A stretch of 64,000 nt of DNA from an uncultured virus (IMG/VR IMGVR_UViG_3300042510_001812) (Duplodnaviria > Heunggongvirae > Uroviricota > Caudoviricetes), in IMG/VR virus record IMGVR_UViG_3300042510_001812, one strand, 5' to 3'. The notes under the pieces are model-generated. The model was not told the origin of the DNA. It was given only the letters and a program-made list of their open reading frames with translations, and did not search any database. The position numbers and the translations under genes were made by a program. Every line of letters starts with the position of its first letter. Position 1 is the first letter of the stretch. This document shows positions 29,005 through 37,019 of the stretch, piece by piece.

Positions 29005-29202
29005 ATGAGTATGCCCCCACTTTATACCTGCATCGTTTGCAACGGCGCAATTGACCCGAACTCGTCGCAGTCCTTGAGACTGGCAACGGTGTGGCTAAAG
29101 AGCAGTGGGAAGACAGTCCACGCAGTAGAGACAGAGATGTATCGCTATAGGCACGGCTTTTGTAGTCTCGGACCCAACTTTGAGCAGGACAGTTTGTTCT
29201 AG
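29005..29202 (+). CDS. small Cys/His protein
   Basis: CIVC...HGFC. Confidence 0.5.
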   Translation: MSMPPLYTCIVCNGAIDPNSSQSLRLATVWLKSSGKTVHAVETEMYRYRHGFCSLGPNFEQDSLF

Positions 29203-29390
29203 CCAAGCCTCATTGCGCCAATTGTTTGGTTAGTTTCACCAAGTGTCTTGCCAGCCGTATTGTTTGTGACGGCAACCCGAGCGTCAAGGTTATTGAGTAT
29301 GACCTGAACTTGGTCAAGTTTCCGATTTATTTCCTCAACCGAGTTCATTACCGACTTCATTGCTTGTTCTAAAGATGCTTCTATTTCCAT
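29199..29390 (-). CDS. small coiled-coil protein
   Basis: ORF track. Confidence 0.4.
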   Translation of the reverse strand: MEIEASLEQAMKSVMNSVEEINRKLDQVQVILNNLDARVAVTNNTAGKTLGETNQTIGAMRLG

Positions 29391-29420
29391 ATCGCCTAGC
29401 CTAGCAAGTATGATGAGCAA

Positions 29421-31343
29421 GTGCGACTTTACCTTGACCACGACTTATTAGCCCTTGACTTTCCGTATGACCCAGCACAAGTTGCTGAAGTCAAGTCAAT
29501 AGCCGGGGCTACATGGGACAAGGTGGACAAACTTTGGAAAGCACCCGTAGCCTCAATTGACGAGGTGCGAGCATTTGCTATGAAGCATGAGTTTCAGATA
29601 ACAGACGAAGTGCTTAGGTTTACAGCCCCAAAGAGAGCGTCACGAAAAGGCGTTTATCTCAAAGGCGACTGGACTTACATCCAATTCCCTTACGACAAGG
29701 TTGTGCTCAAAGCAGTAAAGCAAATAGCAGGGGTTACTTGGGATAACAAAGAGATGGCATGGAGAGCGCCACTCACCTCAACATCTGAAGCAATTGCGTG
29801 GGCTAACTCGTTTGGGGTGCTTGTATCGCCCGAAGTACACGGTGTATCTGCCTCGATAACCAAGAAACTAGATGAACTAAAGGAAGCCTCACGCTCAACT
29901 GACGCTGATATAGAAGTGCCTTCACTACAAGGAACGTTATTGCCTTACCAAAGAGCAGGCGTGGAGTATGCGTCTAAAGCCCGTAGAAGTTTTATCGCTG
30001 ACGAGATGGGACTTGGAAAGACGATACAAGCGATAGCGACACTGGAATATTCGTCAAAAGATAGCGAAGTGTACCCAGCAGTAATTGTCTGCCCCCCTTC
30101 ACTTGTACTCAACTGGAAGTCAGAGTGGAACAGATGGTTGCCTAACAGGAGGGTTGCCGTTGTGACCAACCGTAGAGACATGCCAGAGCCCCGTTCGTAT
30201 GATGTGCTCGTTGTCGGCTACTCAAACATCTCTCACTGGGAAAAGCAACTACTTGCGCATAACTCTTATGTATTTGATGAGAGTCACTACGCAAAAAGCC
30301 CAACGGCACAACGTACTAAGTCGGCTATAAAGATGGCAAAGAGCGCACCTAAACACGGGATAGTCCTATGCCTCACTGGGACACCCGTAACGAATAGACC
30401 AGCAGAGTACGCCAGCCAACTAGACATAATCGGGAAACTGAAAGAGTTTGGTGGGTTGTGGGGATTTTATAGAAGGTATTGTTCAGCCTTCCAAGATAGG
30501 TTCGGTCAATGGAATATCAGCGGTCACTCGCACCTTGATGAACTAAACGACAGGCTTCGTGGTACTTGCTATATAAGACGAACTAAGTCGCAGGTACTTA
30601 CAGAACTCCCACCGGTTATACACAGCACCCTTGTTGTTCAGGGAACTGATGCGGGGCTCAAGGAGTATCGTAAGGCAGAACAAGACATAATAAAGTACAT
30701 AACCGACAGAGCAAAAGAGATAGCAATAGAACTCGGGGAGAGCCCGTACTCGGCAGCCGTTGTGGCGAGAATAAAAGCAGAAAGCAACGAACACCTCGTC
30801 AAACTGTCAGTACTTAGACGGCTTGCTGCGAAAGCCAAAATGCCAATGGTTGAGGAGTGGGTGCAGTCACGCATTGATGATGGCAAGAAAGTCGTAATCG
30901 CAGCGCACCATAGAGACGTTGTAGATGAACTCGCACGAAAGTTTGGCAACCTTCGCATTCAGGGCGGCATGTCGGTTGAGGAAGTGGAAGCACAAAAGGC
31001 ACGCTTTCAGAACGAACCCGTAGAGACAGCGCCCGTCATTGTGTTGTCTATTCAGGCAGCCAAGACTGGTCACACACTCACAGCCTCACAAGACATACTT
31101 TTCGTAGAACTTCCGTACACGCCAGCAGACCTAGACCAAACTTATTCACGCCTTCATCGCATTGGTCAGACTGGAAGCGTTACGACTACTTACATGCTGG
31201 TTGACGGGACTATTGACGAGGAAATCTATGCGCTCATAGAAAAGAAGCGCAAGGTAGTGAACGCTTCGGTTGAGGGGGGAGAGTTCGCAGCAGGTGGTAA
31301 CGCAACGCAGTTGGTACTTGACTTGCTCAACAGACATCGATAG
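29421..31343 (+). CDS. SNF2-family helicase with N-terminal HARP-like repeats (SMARCAL1-like)
   Basis: ADEMGLGKT, DESH, LTGTP, RLHRIGQ; two N-terminal FPYD...I.G.TWD...W.AP repeats. Confidence 0.9.
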   Translation: MRLYLDHDLLALDFPYDPAQVAEVKSIAGATWDKVDKLWKAPVASIDEVRAFAMKHEFQITDEVLRFTAPKRASRKGVYLKGDWTYIQFPYDKVVLKAVKQIAGVTWDNKEMAWRAPLTSTSEAIAWANSFGVLVSPEVHGVSASITKKLDELKEASRSTDADIEVPSLQGTLLPYQRAGVEYASKARRSFIADEMGLGKTIQAIATLEYSSKDSEVYPAVIVCPPSLVLNWKSEWNRWLPNRRVAVVTNRRDMPEPRSYDVLVVGYSNISHWEKQLLAHNSYVFDESHYAKSPTAQRTKSAIKMAKSAPKHGIVLCLTGTPVTNRPAEYASQLDIIGKLKEFGGLWGFYRRYCSAFQDRFGQWNISGHSHLDELNDRLRGTCYIRRTKSQVLTELPPVIHSTLVVQGTDAGLKEYRKAEQDIIKYITDRAKEIAIELGESPYSAAVVARIKAESNEHLVKLSVLRRLAAKAKMPMVEEWVQSRIDDGKKVVIAAHHRDVVDELARKFGNLRIQGGMSVEEVEAQKARFQNEPVETAPVIVLSIQAAKTGHTLTASQDILFVELPYTPADLDQTYSRLHRIGQTGSVTTTYMLVDGTIDEEIYALIEKKRKVVNASVEGGEFAAGGNATQLVLDLLNRHR

Positions 31344-31393
31344 CCCCGGCCTATCGTTTTAGAAATTTGGTATTTGGCTTGCTAAGCTTGCGT

Positions 31394-31610
31394 TGCCGCA
31401 AGGCACGAAGCGAAAGGGGCAAAAGAAACTAGGTATTCCTCCTGCAGGGGGCTTTATTAACGAAGTCGGCATGGCGACCGACAGGCCTAGGTTCTCCCTC
31501 TAGCCGAGAGAAGGCAAGGATACGCGAGGTGGCGTGTGTACACACGGCAGCCAAAAGGCAGTGCCCGAAAGGGACGCTTGAACCATCTCGCTAAGTCCTT
31601 GCTCTTTTTT
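31394..31610 (+). ncRNA. candidate structured non-coding RNA (~215 nt), family unknown
   Basis: Own promoter (31357-31388); multiple nested stems with GCAA/GAAA tetraloops; ends in a U tract; no convincing ORF. Confidence 0.65.
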
Positions 31611-31627
31611 CGGTTTTGTGGCGGGGC

Positions 31628-32050
31628 TTACTCGGCTTCTTTGGTTGGGACTCTGCCCATCAGTTCGTCAGCAATTAGTTTTGCGTACTTTCTGCGCAGT
31701 TTCCAGACTTTTTGGTTCATTTCAGCCATTGCGTCAGTCGTTCGTGCCTTCTTTATGCTGTCGCTGTCAAACACGCCGTACTTCTTGAACAAGATGTCGT
31801 CAATGTCATTGTTTTCTATCATTATGTCCGTAATCCAATGGCCCCGCTTGTCAATGCTAAGCAGAAGTTCGCAAAGACCTTCAAATCCGAACTCGTTATA
31901 GACACGATTGGTAACTAAGTCACAGAAATGCGCACGATACATCGTTTCTGCTTCAGCGGTGTGGCTCATAAACTCACTCAGCCATACGGCAAGCTCTTCT
32001 TTTGACGGAATATCGCCGTCTTCACTGTCAAACTCAAAGTCGTCTTCCAT
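31628..32050 (-). CDS. hypothetical acidic protein
   Basis: ORF track. Confidence 0.7.
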   Translation of the reverse strand: MEDDFEFDSEDGDIPSKEELAVWLSEFMSHTAEAETMYRAHFCDLVTNRVYNEFGFEGLCELLLSIDKRGHWITDIMIENNDIDDILFKKYGVFDSDSIKKARTTDAMAEMNQKVWKLRRKYAKLIADELMGRVPTKEAE

Positions 32051-32106
32051 TAGCCTGCCTTCCGTTACGCCGGGGCTCTAGTAATCAATGATACTTGTGC
32101 TAACTG

Positions 32107-33132
32107 TCAAGCCAGCGACAGAATAACTTCCTGCGCTAATACTTTCTTTTGCGTAACCCACGAGTTGTTGTTCATTGAGGCAAGCGCCCGTTCATCAGCC
32201 TTAGCGTCACGATAATGGTCTAGGTACTCGGCGATTGCGTTGTAAGCACTCCACCCGTTGTACCCGTAGCCACCTGCATTTCGTTCGTTGTCGTACACTC
32301 CACGAACCAATGCCACTACTCCGTCACGATTTTTCTTTTGTCTCTCCGTACCGTTCATTTCGTTCGGGAATACCTTGTCAAGTATCGTGGCGAGTTGCGC
32401 ACTTCGCGGTGGAACGTTGATAGCAAGCAACCGGTTGGCTGTAAGTTGGAACGACTTAGCCCACTCTGTTGATATTTCTAGGACTTTTTGCGCTTCCTCA
32501 ATGGCGTTATCAGCGTTACGAGTGTGTCGTGCCGTGAATACCCTACGGGCAGACGATTGACCTGCGATTACCGTGTTTTTGCATACTGCTCGTATCGAGG
32601 TATTAGCAAAGGTGATAGCCGTCTTACCGTCGTGACCATTGCGAACCAGTAGGTAACGGTCTATCTTGTCATTGATACCGGTTGGGTCTATGACGAGTTG
32701 CCCCAAGTCAAGGGAACTAAAGAACTCTCTGCCTTCGTCAAGTACGCCACAAGTGTCTACAACTGCGTCACCCTTAGAAGCGCCGACTATTGCAAGTGCG
32801 TAGTCCAAGCACTCACGGTTTTGCTGTACGACATAGCGTGTGCCTACCGTAGCCAGCCCGTCAAAGGTGCCATCAGGGTTCACTCTCACGGTTGCTCGGC
32901 TGTCCTCAATAACGATTGGCGTGCCATCAGGGTTTCTGATTAGGTTGCCATCAGTATCAACGACTGCGACTTTAGTAGTGACGACATCAAAGTCTGCTTG
33001 CGCCGCCTGAAGCATTGCCTCTGCTGTCTGTAGTCCCTTCATAGGAACTCCTAGACGATGCCACGGCACTTCACGGTCTGCGTAAGCCATTTTCGCTACG
33101 CCCTTAGTGTCTACCTCTAACCCGTGTGCCAT
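32107..33132 (-). CDS. DUF932 domain protein
   Basis: MAHG...VPWHRLG...RY..QN...NGHDG...IRAVCKNT...RHT...W.AYNA..EY.DH. Confidence 0.85.
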   Translation of the reverse strand: MAHGLEVDTKGVAKMAYADREVPWHRLGVPMKGLQTAEAMLQAAQADFDVVTTKVAVVDTDGNLIRNPDGTPIVIEDSRATVRVNPDGTFDGLATVGTRYVVQQNRECLDYALAIVGASKGDAVVDTCGVLDEGREFFSSLDLGQLVIDPTGINDKIDRYLLVRNGHDGKTAITFANTSIRAVCKNTVIAGQSSARRVFTARHTRNADNAIEEAQKVLEISTEWAKSFQLTANRLLAINVPPRSAQLATILDKVFPNEMNGTERQKKNRDGVVALVRGVYDNERNAGGYGYNGWSAYNAIAEYLDHYRDAKADERALASMNNNSWVTQKKVLAQEVILSLA

Positions 33133-33232
33133 TTTCGTCTTGCCTTCCTATGCCTCTAGTTAGATTTATCTAAAGGCAAGCATACACTCTGCCCTCTTAC
33201 CGCTAGAGCAAGTGGCTATAAGCCCCGGCTTT

Positions 33233-33511
33233 TCACTTCGCTTTGTCGTCTACGAATTCGGTATAAGCCTTCACCGCTTCATCGGGTGCGCCGTCTACTA
33301 GGTACTGATACATAACGCCTGCGAGGTCACGCCACTTACCGTCACTAAGTATCTTTTCAGTAATTGTGTAGCCTTCGTGTTCGGTTGCCCAACTAATTGA
33401 GTGGGGCTGTAACTTGTGTAGGTGCGCTACTGCTTCGTAGTAAGTGCTGAAACTCTCAAGCACTGCGCCGTCTCTCGCTACTTCGTAACTAATCTGCGCT
33501 TCTGTGTTCAC
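33233..33511 (-). CDS. hypothetical protein
   Basis: GTGA overlap. Confidence 0.55.
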   Translation of the reverse strand: MNTEAQISYEVARDGAVLESFSTYYEAVAHLHKLQPHSISWATEHEGYTITEKILSDGKWRDLAGVMYQYLVDGAPDEAVKAYTEFVDDKAK

Positions 33512-33780
33512 TTGTCAAACCTCACTTCTTGGGATACTTGGATAACTTGTCCGTACTTGGCTACTAGGTCATCAGTCGCTTTCAGTGTGTTGCCGTGACA
33601 CCACTTGACTGCTAAGCCACTTAGGGTATCGCCTTCCTGAACGATTACTCGGTCAATATCACAACGATAATTTTCATCACCTCGCATTGAGATAATCATT
33701 GCGATAATCGTCACGAGGAATACGAGTGGGAGTGTAATCAGGTCACGCTTGCTTGGTCGGTTTGTGTAGTGGTTGTTCAT
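33508..33780 (-). CDS. membrane-anchored LysM domain protein, paralog of 26712-27044
   Basis: TM; VQEGDTLSGLA..C.GNT...D.LV..YG. Confidence 0.7.
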   Translation of the reverse strand: MNNHYTNRPSKRDLITLPLVFLVTIIAMIISMRGDENYRCDIDRVIVQEGDTLSGLAVKWCHGNTLKATDDLVAKYGQVIQVSQEVRFDK

Positions 33781-33808
33781 TGTCTGCCCCTTTCAGTAGG
33801 TACTAATT

Positions 33809-33837
33809 ACATTAGGGTAGTTTGTGACAAAGGTCAA
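33809..33837 (-). promoter_or_regulatory. canonical sigma70/SigA-type promoter
   Basis: TTGACC-N17-TAATGT; same AATCCTTGAC context as 23765. Confidence 0.65.
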
Positions 33838-33991
33838 GGATTTCCGAGCCTTATGGGCATTGGGTTATACCCGTAGGGCTACCCGTAGGCACTGCGCCAA
33901 CCTCATAAGCATTTGTAGGTGGCAAGGTGAGTGTGCTACCACCACCTATGCCGGGGCTTCGAGCTGTGTTGTTCTCGGCTTTGGGGTTAGG

Positions 33992-34780
33992 TTACTTCTT
34001 GACGGTGCGCTTCTTTGGTGGCGACTTCTTTTTGACTGACTTCTTTGGCGCTACCTTCACTGGCGCTAGCGATATGGATACGCCTGCGCTCGCTACTACT
34101 GGGATAGTGGTTGTGGTAGTGGTCGCTGGCTCGGTTGCTACTGGCTCACTCTCTACTACTGGCTCGCTCGCTGTCACTGGCTCGGCTGTCTCGGATATGG
34201 GTGCTGTCGTAGTGGTGGTAGTAGGGCTAGTCGTAGTCGTAGTGGTTGTCGTAGTCACTGGGATAGTCGTAGTCGTAGTAGTTGTGGTCGTTGTAGGCGT
34301 AGTTGTAGTTGTGGTCGTAGGTATCACTCTGTTTACTGTTCCGTCACAGGCGATAGCACAGTCTCCATTAGTGACTACTGGGTTACTACTTGCGCCAATC
34401 AACTGATACACAGCACTACGGGCGAGGGCGATATCTATTCCGTCACGCCATAGGGCAAGCATAAAGTTGGGGCGATAGCCGTTGCCACCTGAACCACTGC
34501 CAATTCCAACGCCGACATACTCACACACTGCGAACCATTGGTGCGCTTTCGCTATGGCGATACCTAGCGAACGGTGACCACCATTGGAATAGGTGACTAG
34601 ACGCTCAAACGCTTCAGTGCCTACTTCGGTGTCAATAATTGTTAGTAGTGTCGGTTGTTGTGACGAGGGTGCTTCTATCGGTTCAGTACACTCGCTTGCC
34701 TTCGCTTCGGTGATAGTGACAAGGGGTAGCGATAGCGATAGGGCTAGGGCTAATGCTGTAAGTGTTCGTGTTCGCTTCAT
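33992..34780 (-). CDS. secreted Thr-rich low-complexity protein
   Basis: Signal peptide, long poly-Thr tract, Lys-rich tail. Confidence 0.7.
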   Translation of the reverse strand: MKRTRTLTALALALSLSLPLVTITEAKASECTEPIEAPSSQQPTLLTIIDTEVGTEAFERLVTYSNGGHRSLGIAIAKAHQWFAVCEYVGVGIGSGSGGNGYRPNFMLALWRDGIDIALARSAVYQLIGASSNPVVTNGDCAIACDGTVNRVIPTTTTTTTPTTTTTTTTTTIPVTTTTTTTTTSPTTTTTTAPISETAEPVTASEPVVESEPVATEPATTTTTTIPVVASAGVSISLAPVKVAPKKSVKKKSPPKKRTVKK

Positions 34781-34837
34781 AGTAACTCTCTCTCGGTACG
34801 GGCTACCCGTAAGGCTACCCGTGGCATTGGAATTTTT

Positions 34838-35194
34838 TCACTTTTTTTCGCTTATCCACTCACCACCACTAGCGAACACTGTCTCTCCCTCATTGGTGAA
34901 ACTCCAAGCGTAATCGCAACAAGGCTTCTGCTGATAGGGGCTAGGGTGTGCGCCTTTCTCTAATGACTTCGCTAGTAGTGGAAATGTCTCTAGTAACTTG
35001 ACGATACAAGCGTGGCACATATTCCACGATTTAGGTTCACTATCAGACATTAGAAACTCAAGGTTGTCGGTGAAACCACCATAGAAACCAAACGCTTCAT
35101 AGGGCAAGCACCAACCACTGTCTAGTGTTGTTGCTGTCGGGTGACTTGTCTTGCTCACTTCGCCACAAGCGTCACACTTCACTGCGTTGCTCAT
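34838..35194 (-). CDS. Cys-rich hypothetical protein
   Basis: CDAC...GFYGGFTD...CHAC. Confidence 0.65.
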   Translation of the reverse strand: MSNAVKCDACGEVSKTSHPTATTLDSGWCLPYEAFGFYGGFTDNLEFLMSDSEPKSWNMCHACIVKLLETFPLLAKSLEKGAHPSPYQQKPCCDYAWSFTNEGETVFASGGEWISEKK

Positions 35195-35484
35195 AGTGCG
35201 TACTCTCCACGCTTACGGCGATAGTGCGATACGAATTCGTCACTGTCATAGTCACAAGGTGACCACACTATGTCGGCTTCACTAAAGGTATGGTCAAGGT
35301 GCAGACGGACTATCACATAGTCAAAGGCGTCGTATGCGTTGTCAGCGATGAACCTGATGCAACCTACGAGGGTAGAGCGATACTCAAAGTGTTCAGGTAA
35401 GTCATAGCGACACATACTCCAAGCGTCACCATACGAGGGACACTCAACCACTGCGTACCTGCGTCGGTCTTTCTCGATAGTCAT
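35191..35484 (-). CDS. hypothetical protein, probably leaderless
   Basis: ATG lies 6 nt after TACACT of promoter 35505. Confidence 0.6.
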   Translation of the reverse strand: MTIEKDRRRYAVVECPSYGDAWSMCRYDLPEHFEYRSTLVGCIRFIADNAYDAFDYVIVRLHLDHTFSEADIVWSPCDYDSDEFVSHYRRKRGEYAL

Positions 35485-35632
35485 AGGGCAAGTGTACCTA
35501 GTGTGATACCAAATTTCCAAAGACGGACTACCCGTATGTCACCCGTGCGCCTTGCGTCAGTCATACTCTCTCAACTTCAGTGCGACATAGATGAGGGCGA
35601 CACCTGCTAGGCACATCAACTCAAGCGCTGCC

Positions 35633-35821
35633 TCACCGCTCATCGTCACTTCCTAGCGTGAACTTAGGCATAACGAATAGCGTGTTGCCCATGCGGTAGG
35701 CGTTACGGCTTGCGTTGTACTGTGCGTCAGGGAATAGACGAACTAAGTCGATGGCTGTCAGTGGCGTGTCGCTTAGGTGAACGACATGACGTAGGTGCTT
35801 CACTGCGACTACCTCAACCAA
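35633..35821 (-). CDS. hypothetical protein
   Basis: ORF track. Confidence 0.45.
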   Translation of the reverse strand: MVEVVAVKHLRHVVHLSDTPLTAIDLVRLFPDAQYNASRNAYRMGNTLFVMPKFTLGSDDER

Positions 35822-36003
35822 GTTGGGTCGAGCTTTTTTGTGACCTCTAACGAATACATTGCTTCACGCTCTGACACGACTACTTCGTGAGAGTGCTTTG
35901 CTTTGTCACGAATGTTCTGTGCGACTTCATTCGCTTTCTGCTCTGTCTCGTAGAACCCTGCGACGTCGTTTCTGTTAGGTCGAAGAATGGTTACTTGATA
36001 CAT
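35809..36003 (-). CDS. hypothetical protein
   Basis: Follows promoter 36045; AAGGGG SD. Confidence 0.6.
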   Translation of the reverse strand: MYQVTILRPNRNDVAGFYETEQKANEVAQNIRDKAKHSHEVVVSEREAMYSLEVTKKLDPTWLR

Positions 36004-36191
36004 CGTTATCCCCTTTCATGAGATACGGTAAGCCTACTACATCGGATACCAGATTTCCAAAGCGCGTAACGCGTTGCGAATATGGTACGAAGTCGACTTC
36101 CAGAGTGTCATGCGGGGCTCTTTCCGGCACTACACCACACCGGTGGGCAGTCGTATTCCAAATTTTTAAGCTCGCCGTATTTCAACTAGAT

Positions 36192-36824
36192 TTATCTAAA
36201 GCGGCTCTTAGAGACCTTCTTCTTGCCTTTTGCTGCCTCATAGGCCGCCATGTCGTCTATTGGCGTTACAAGCTCTCCTATGCTCGTCCAGTCCGCCTGT
36301 GCTCCTAAGTGCATGACCGCTGTCTTGACTTCCCAGCGCATCTCAGCATCGAATGCAATGTCTAATAGTTTGATATGCAACTTGTTGAGGTCGTATATGG
36401 TCATCGGTGATGAGTCGCCATACCTGAAGTGTTCTCTGAGTGCTGCAGATAGCTCTGCGTAGTTTCCGTCAACATGAATGATGTCTTCAGGCTTTGTGAT
36501 GTTTGTAGCTATGTAGCCATATGGCTCTTCCATCAAATTGAGAAACGTCCGCATGAGTTCTCTCATTTTTTGGGTCCCAAAACCGGCTTCTTCTAACTGT
36601 CCAAGGAGCAATACAATGAAGCATCCTTCATAGGTGAAGCTTCTGTCATAGCCTGAGACACCTGTCTGTATGTAGGCAGGGGGGATAAACCCTTCTTTAA
36701 TCCAGTTATCGAAAGTCTTGTACTGAGTTTCGGTGTAAAAGGAGAGCTCTTGCAGTGTGAGTGTAAGAGTTTGTTTCTTTTGTAGATGGAGAGCTTTTAT
36801 TCTCTCTGTGTCCATAAGTGCCAT
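36192..36824 (-). CDS. MerR-like HTH protein
   Basis: LTLQELSFYT...FDNWIKEGFIPP...SGYDRSFT...LEEAGF. Confidence 0.65.
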   Translation of the reverse strand: MALMDTERIKALHLQKKQTLTLTLQELSFYTETQYKTFDNWIKEGFIPPAYIQTGVSGYDRSFTYEGCFIVLLLGQLEEAGFGTQKMRELMRTFLNLMEEPYGYIATNITKPEDIIHVDGNYAELSAALREHFRYGDSSPMTIYDLNKLHIKLLDIAFDAEMRWEVKTAVMHLGAQADWTSIGELVTPIDDMAAYEAAKGKKKVSKSRFR

Positions 36825-37019
36825 TGTGTTGTTCCTCTAGGTGTAAATATAACAGAAGACGTGGCAAACCAGGATAAATTTAACTGAAAGTTGGCGCCGT
36901 TTTTGTGCCAGTTTGAATTGCTGACTGGCTATAAACACATAGCAGGCTGTTAATGCTGTTTAAATTTATCCAATAGAGGGGCCAAAATAAAAAAATCGCG
37001 GGGAAAGCCTTCGCCTAGA

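Larger units (their letters stand above)
7683..36062. promoter_or_regulatory. 33 copies of conserved phage promoter TTTTGGAAATTTGGTATC-N8-TAnnnT
   Basis: Minus-strand copies (plus text (G/A)ATACCAAATTTCCAAA) start at 7683, 7741, 8923, 10454, 11434, 11991, 13407, 13962, 14697, 15841, 16487, 17210, 17840, 18515, 18785, 19379, 19721, 20335, 20805, 21603, 22158, 22768, 23594, 24221, 24553, 25088, 25549, 26672, 27549, 35505, 36045; plus-strand copies at 27601 and 31357. Copies checked have exactly 8 nt then TACGAT/TAGAGT/TAGGAT/TATAGT/TACACT/TAAGCT, followed by an SD and gene (or a leaderless ATG). Confidence 0.9.
7828..36119. repeat. AGCCCCG...CGGGGCT inverted-pair element in cassette spacers
   Basis: Pairs at 12111/12143, 14834/14866, 15867/15899, 16524/16576, 17246/17278, 17969/17993, 18810/18857, 19405/19450, 20370/20406, 21630/21667, 22215/22251, 22794/22873, 23778/23812, 24276/24309, 24621/24654, 25146/25172, plus many single sites; inner sequence is variable. 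Confidence 0.9.

Noticed and set aside
31536..31901. Plus-strand 121-aa ORF
   Set aside because: It runs through the U tract of the candidate ncRNA and is antisense to a better gene (31628-32050).
7683..36062. CRISPR array interpretation of the 18-bp repeat
   Set aside because: Copies are mostly hundreds to thousands of bp apart with whole genes between them, carry a fixed -10 box, occur on both strands, and no cas genes are present.
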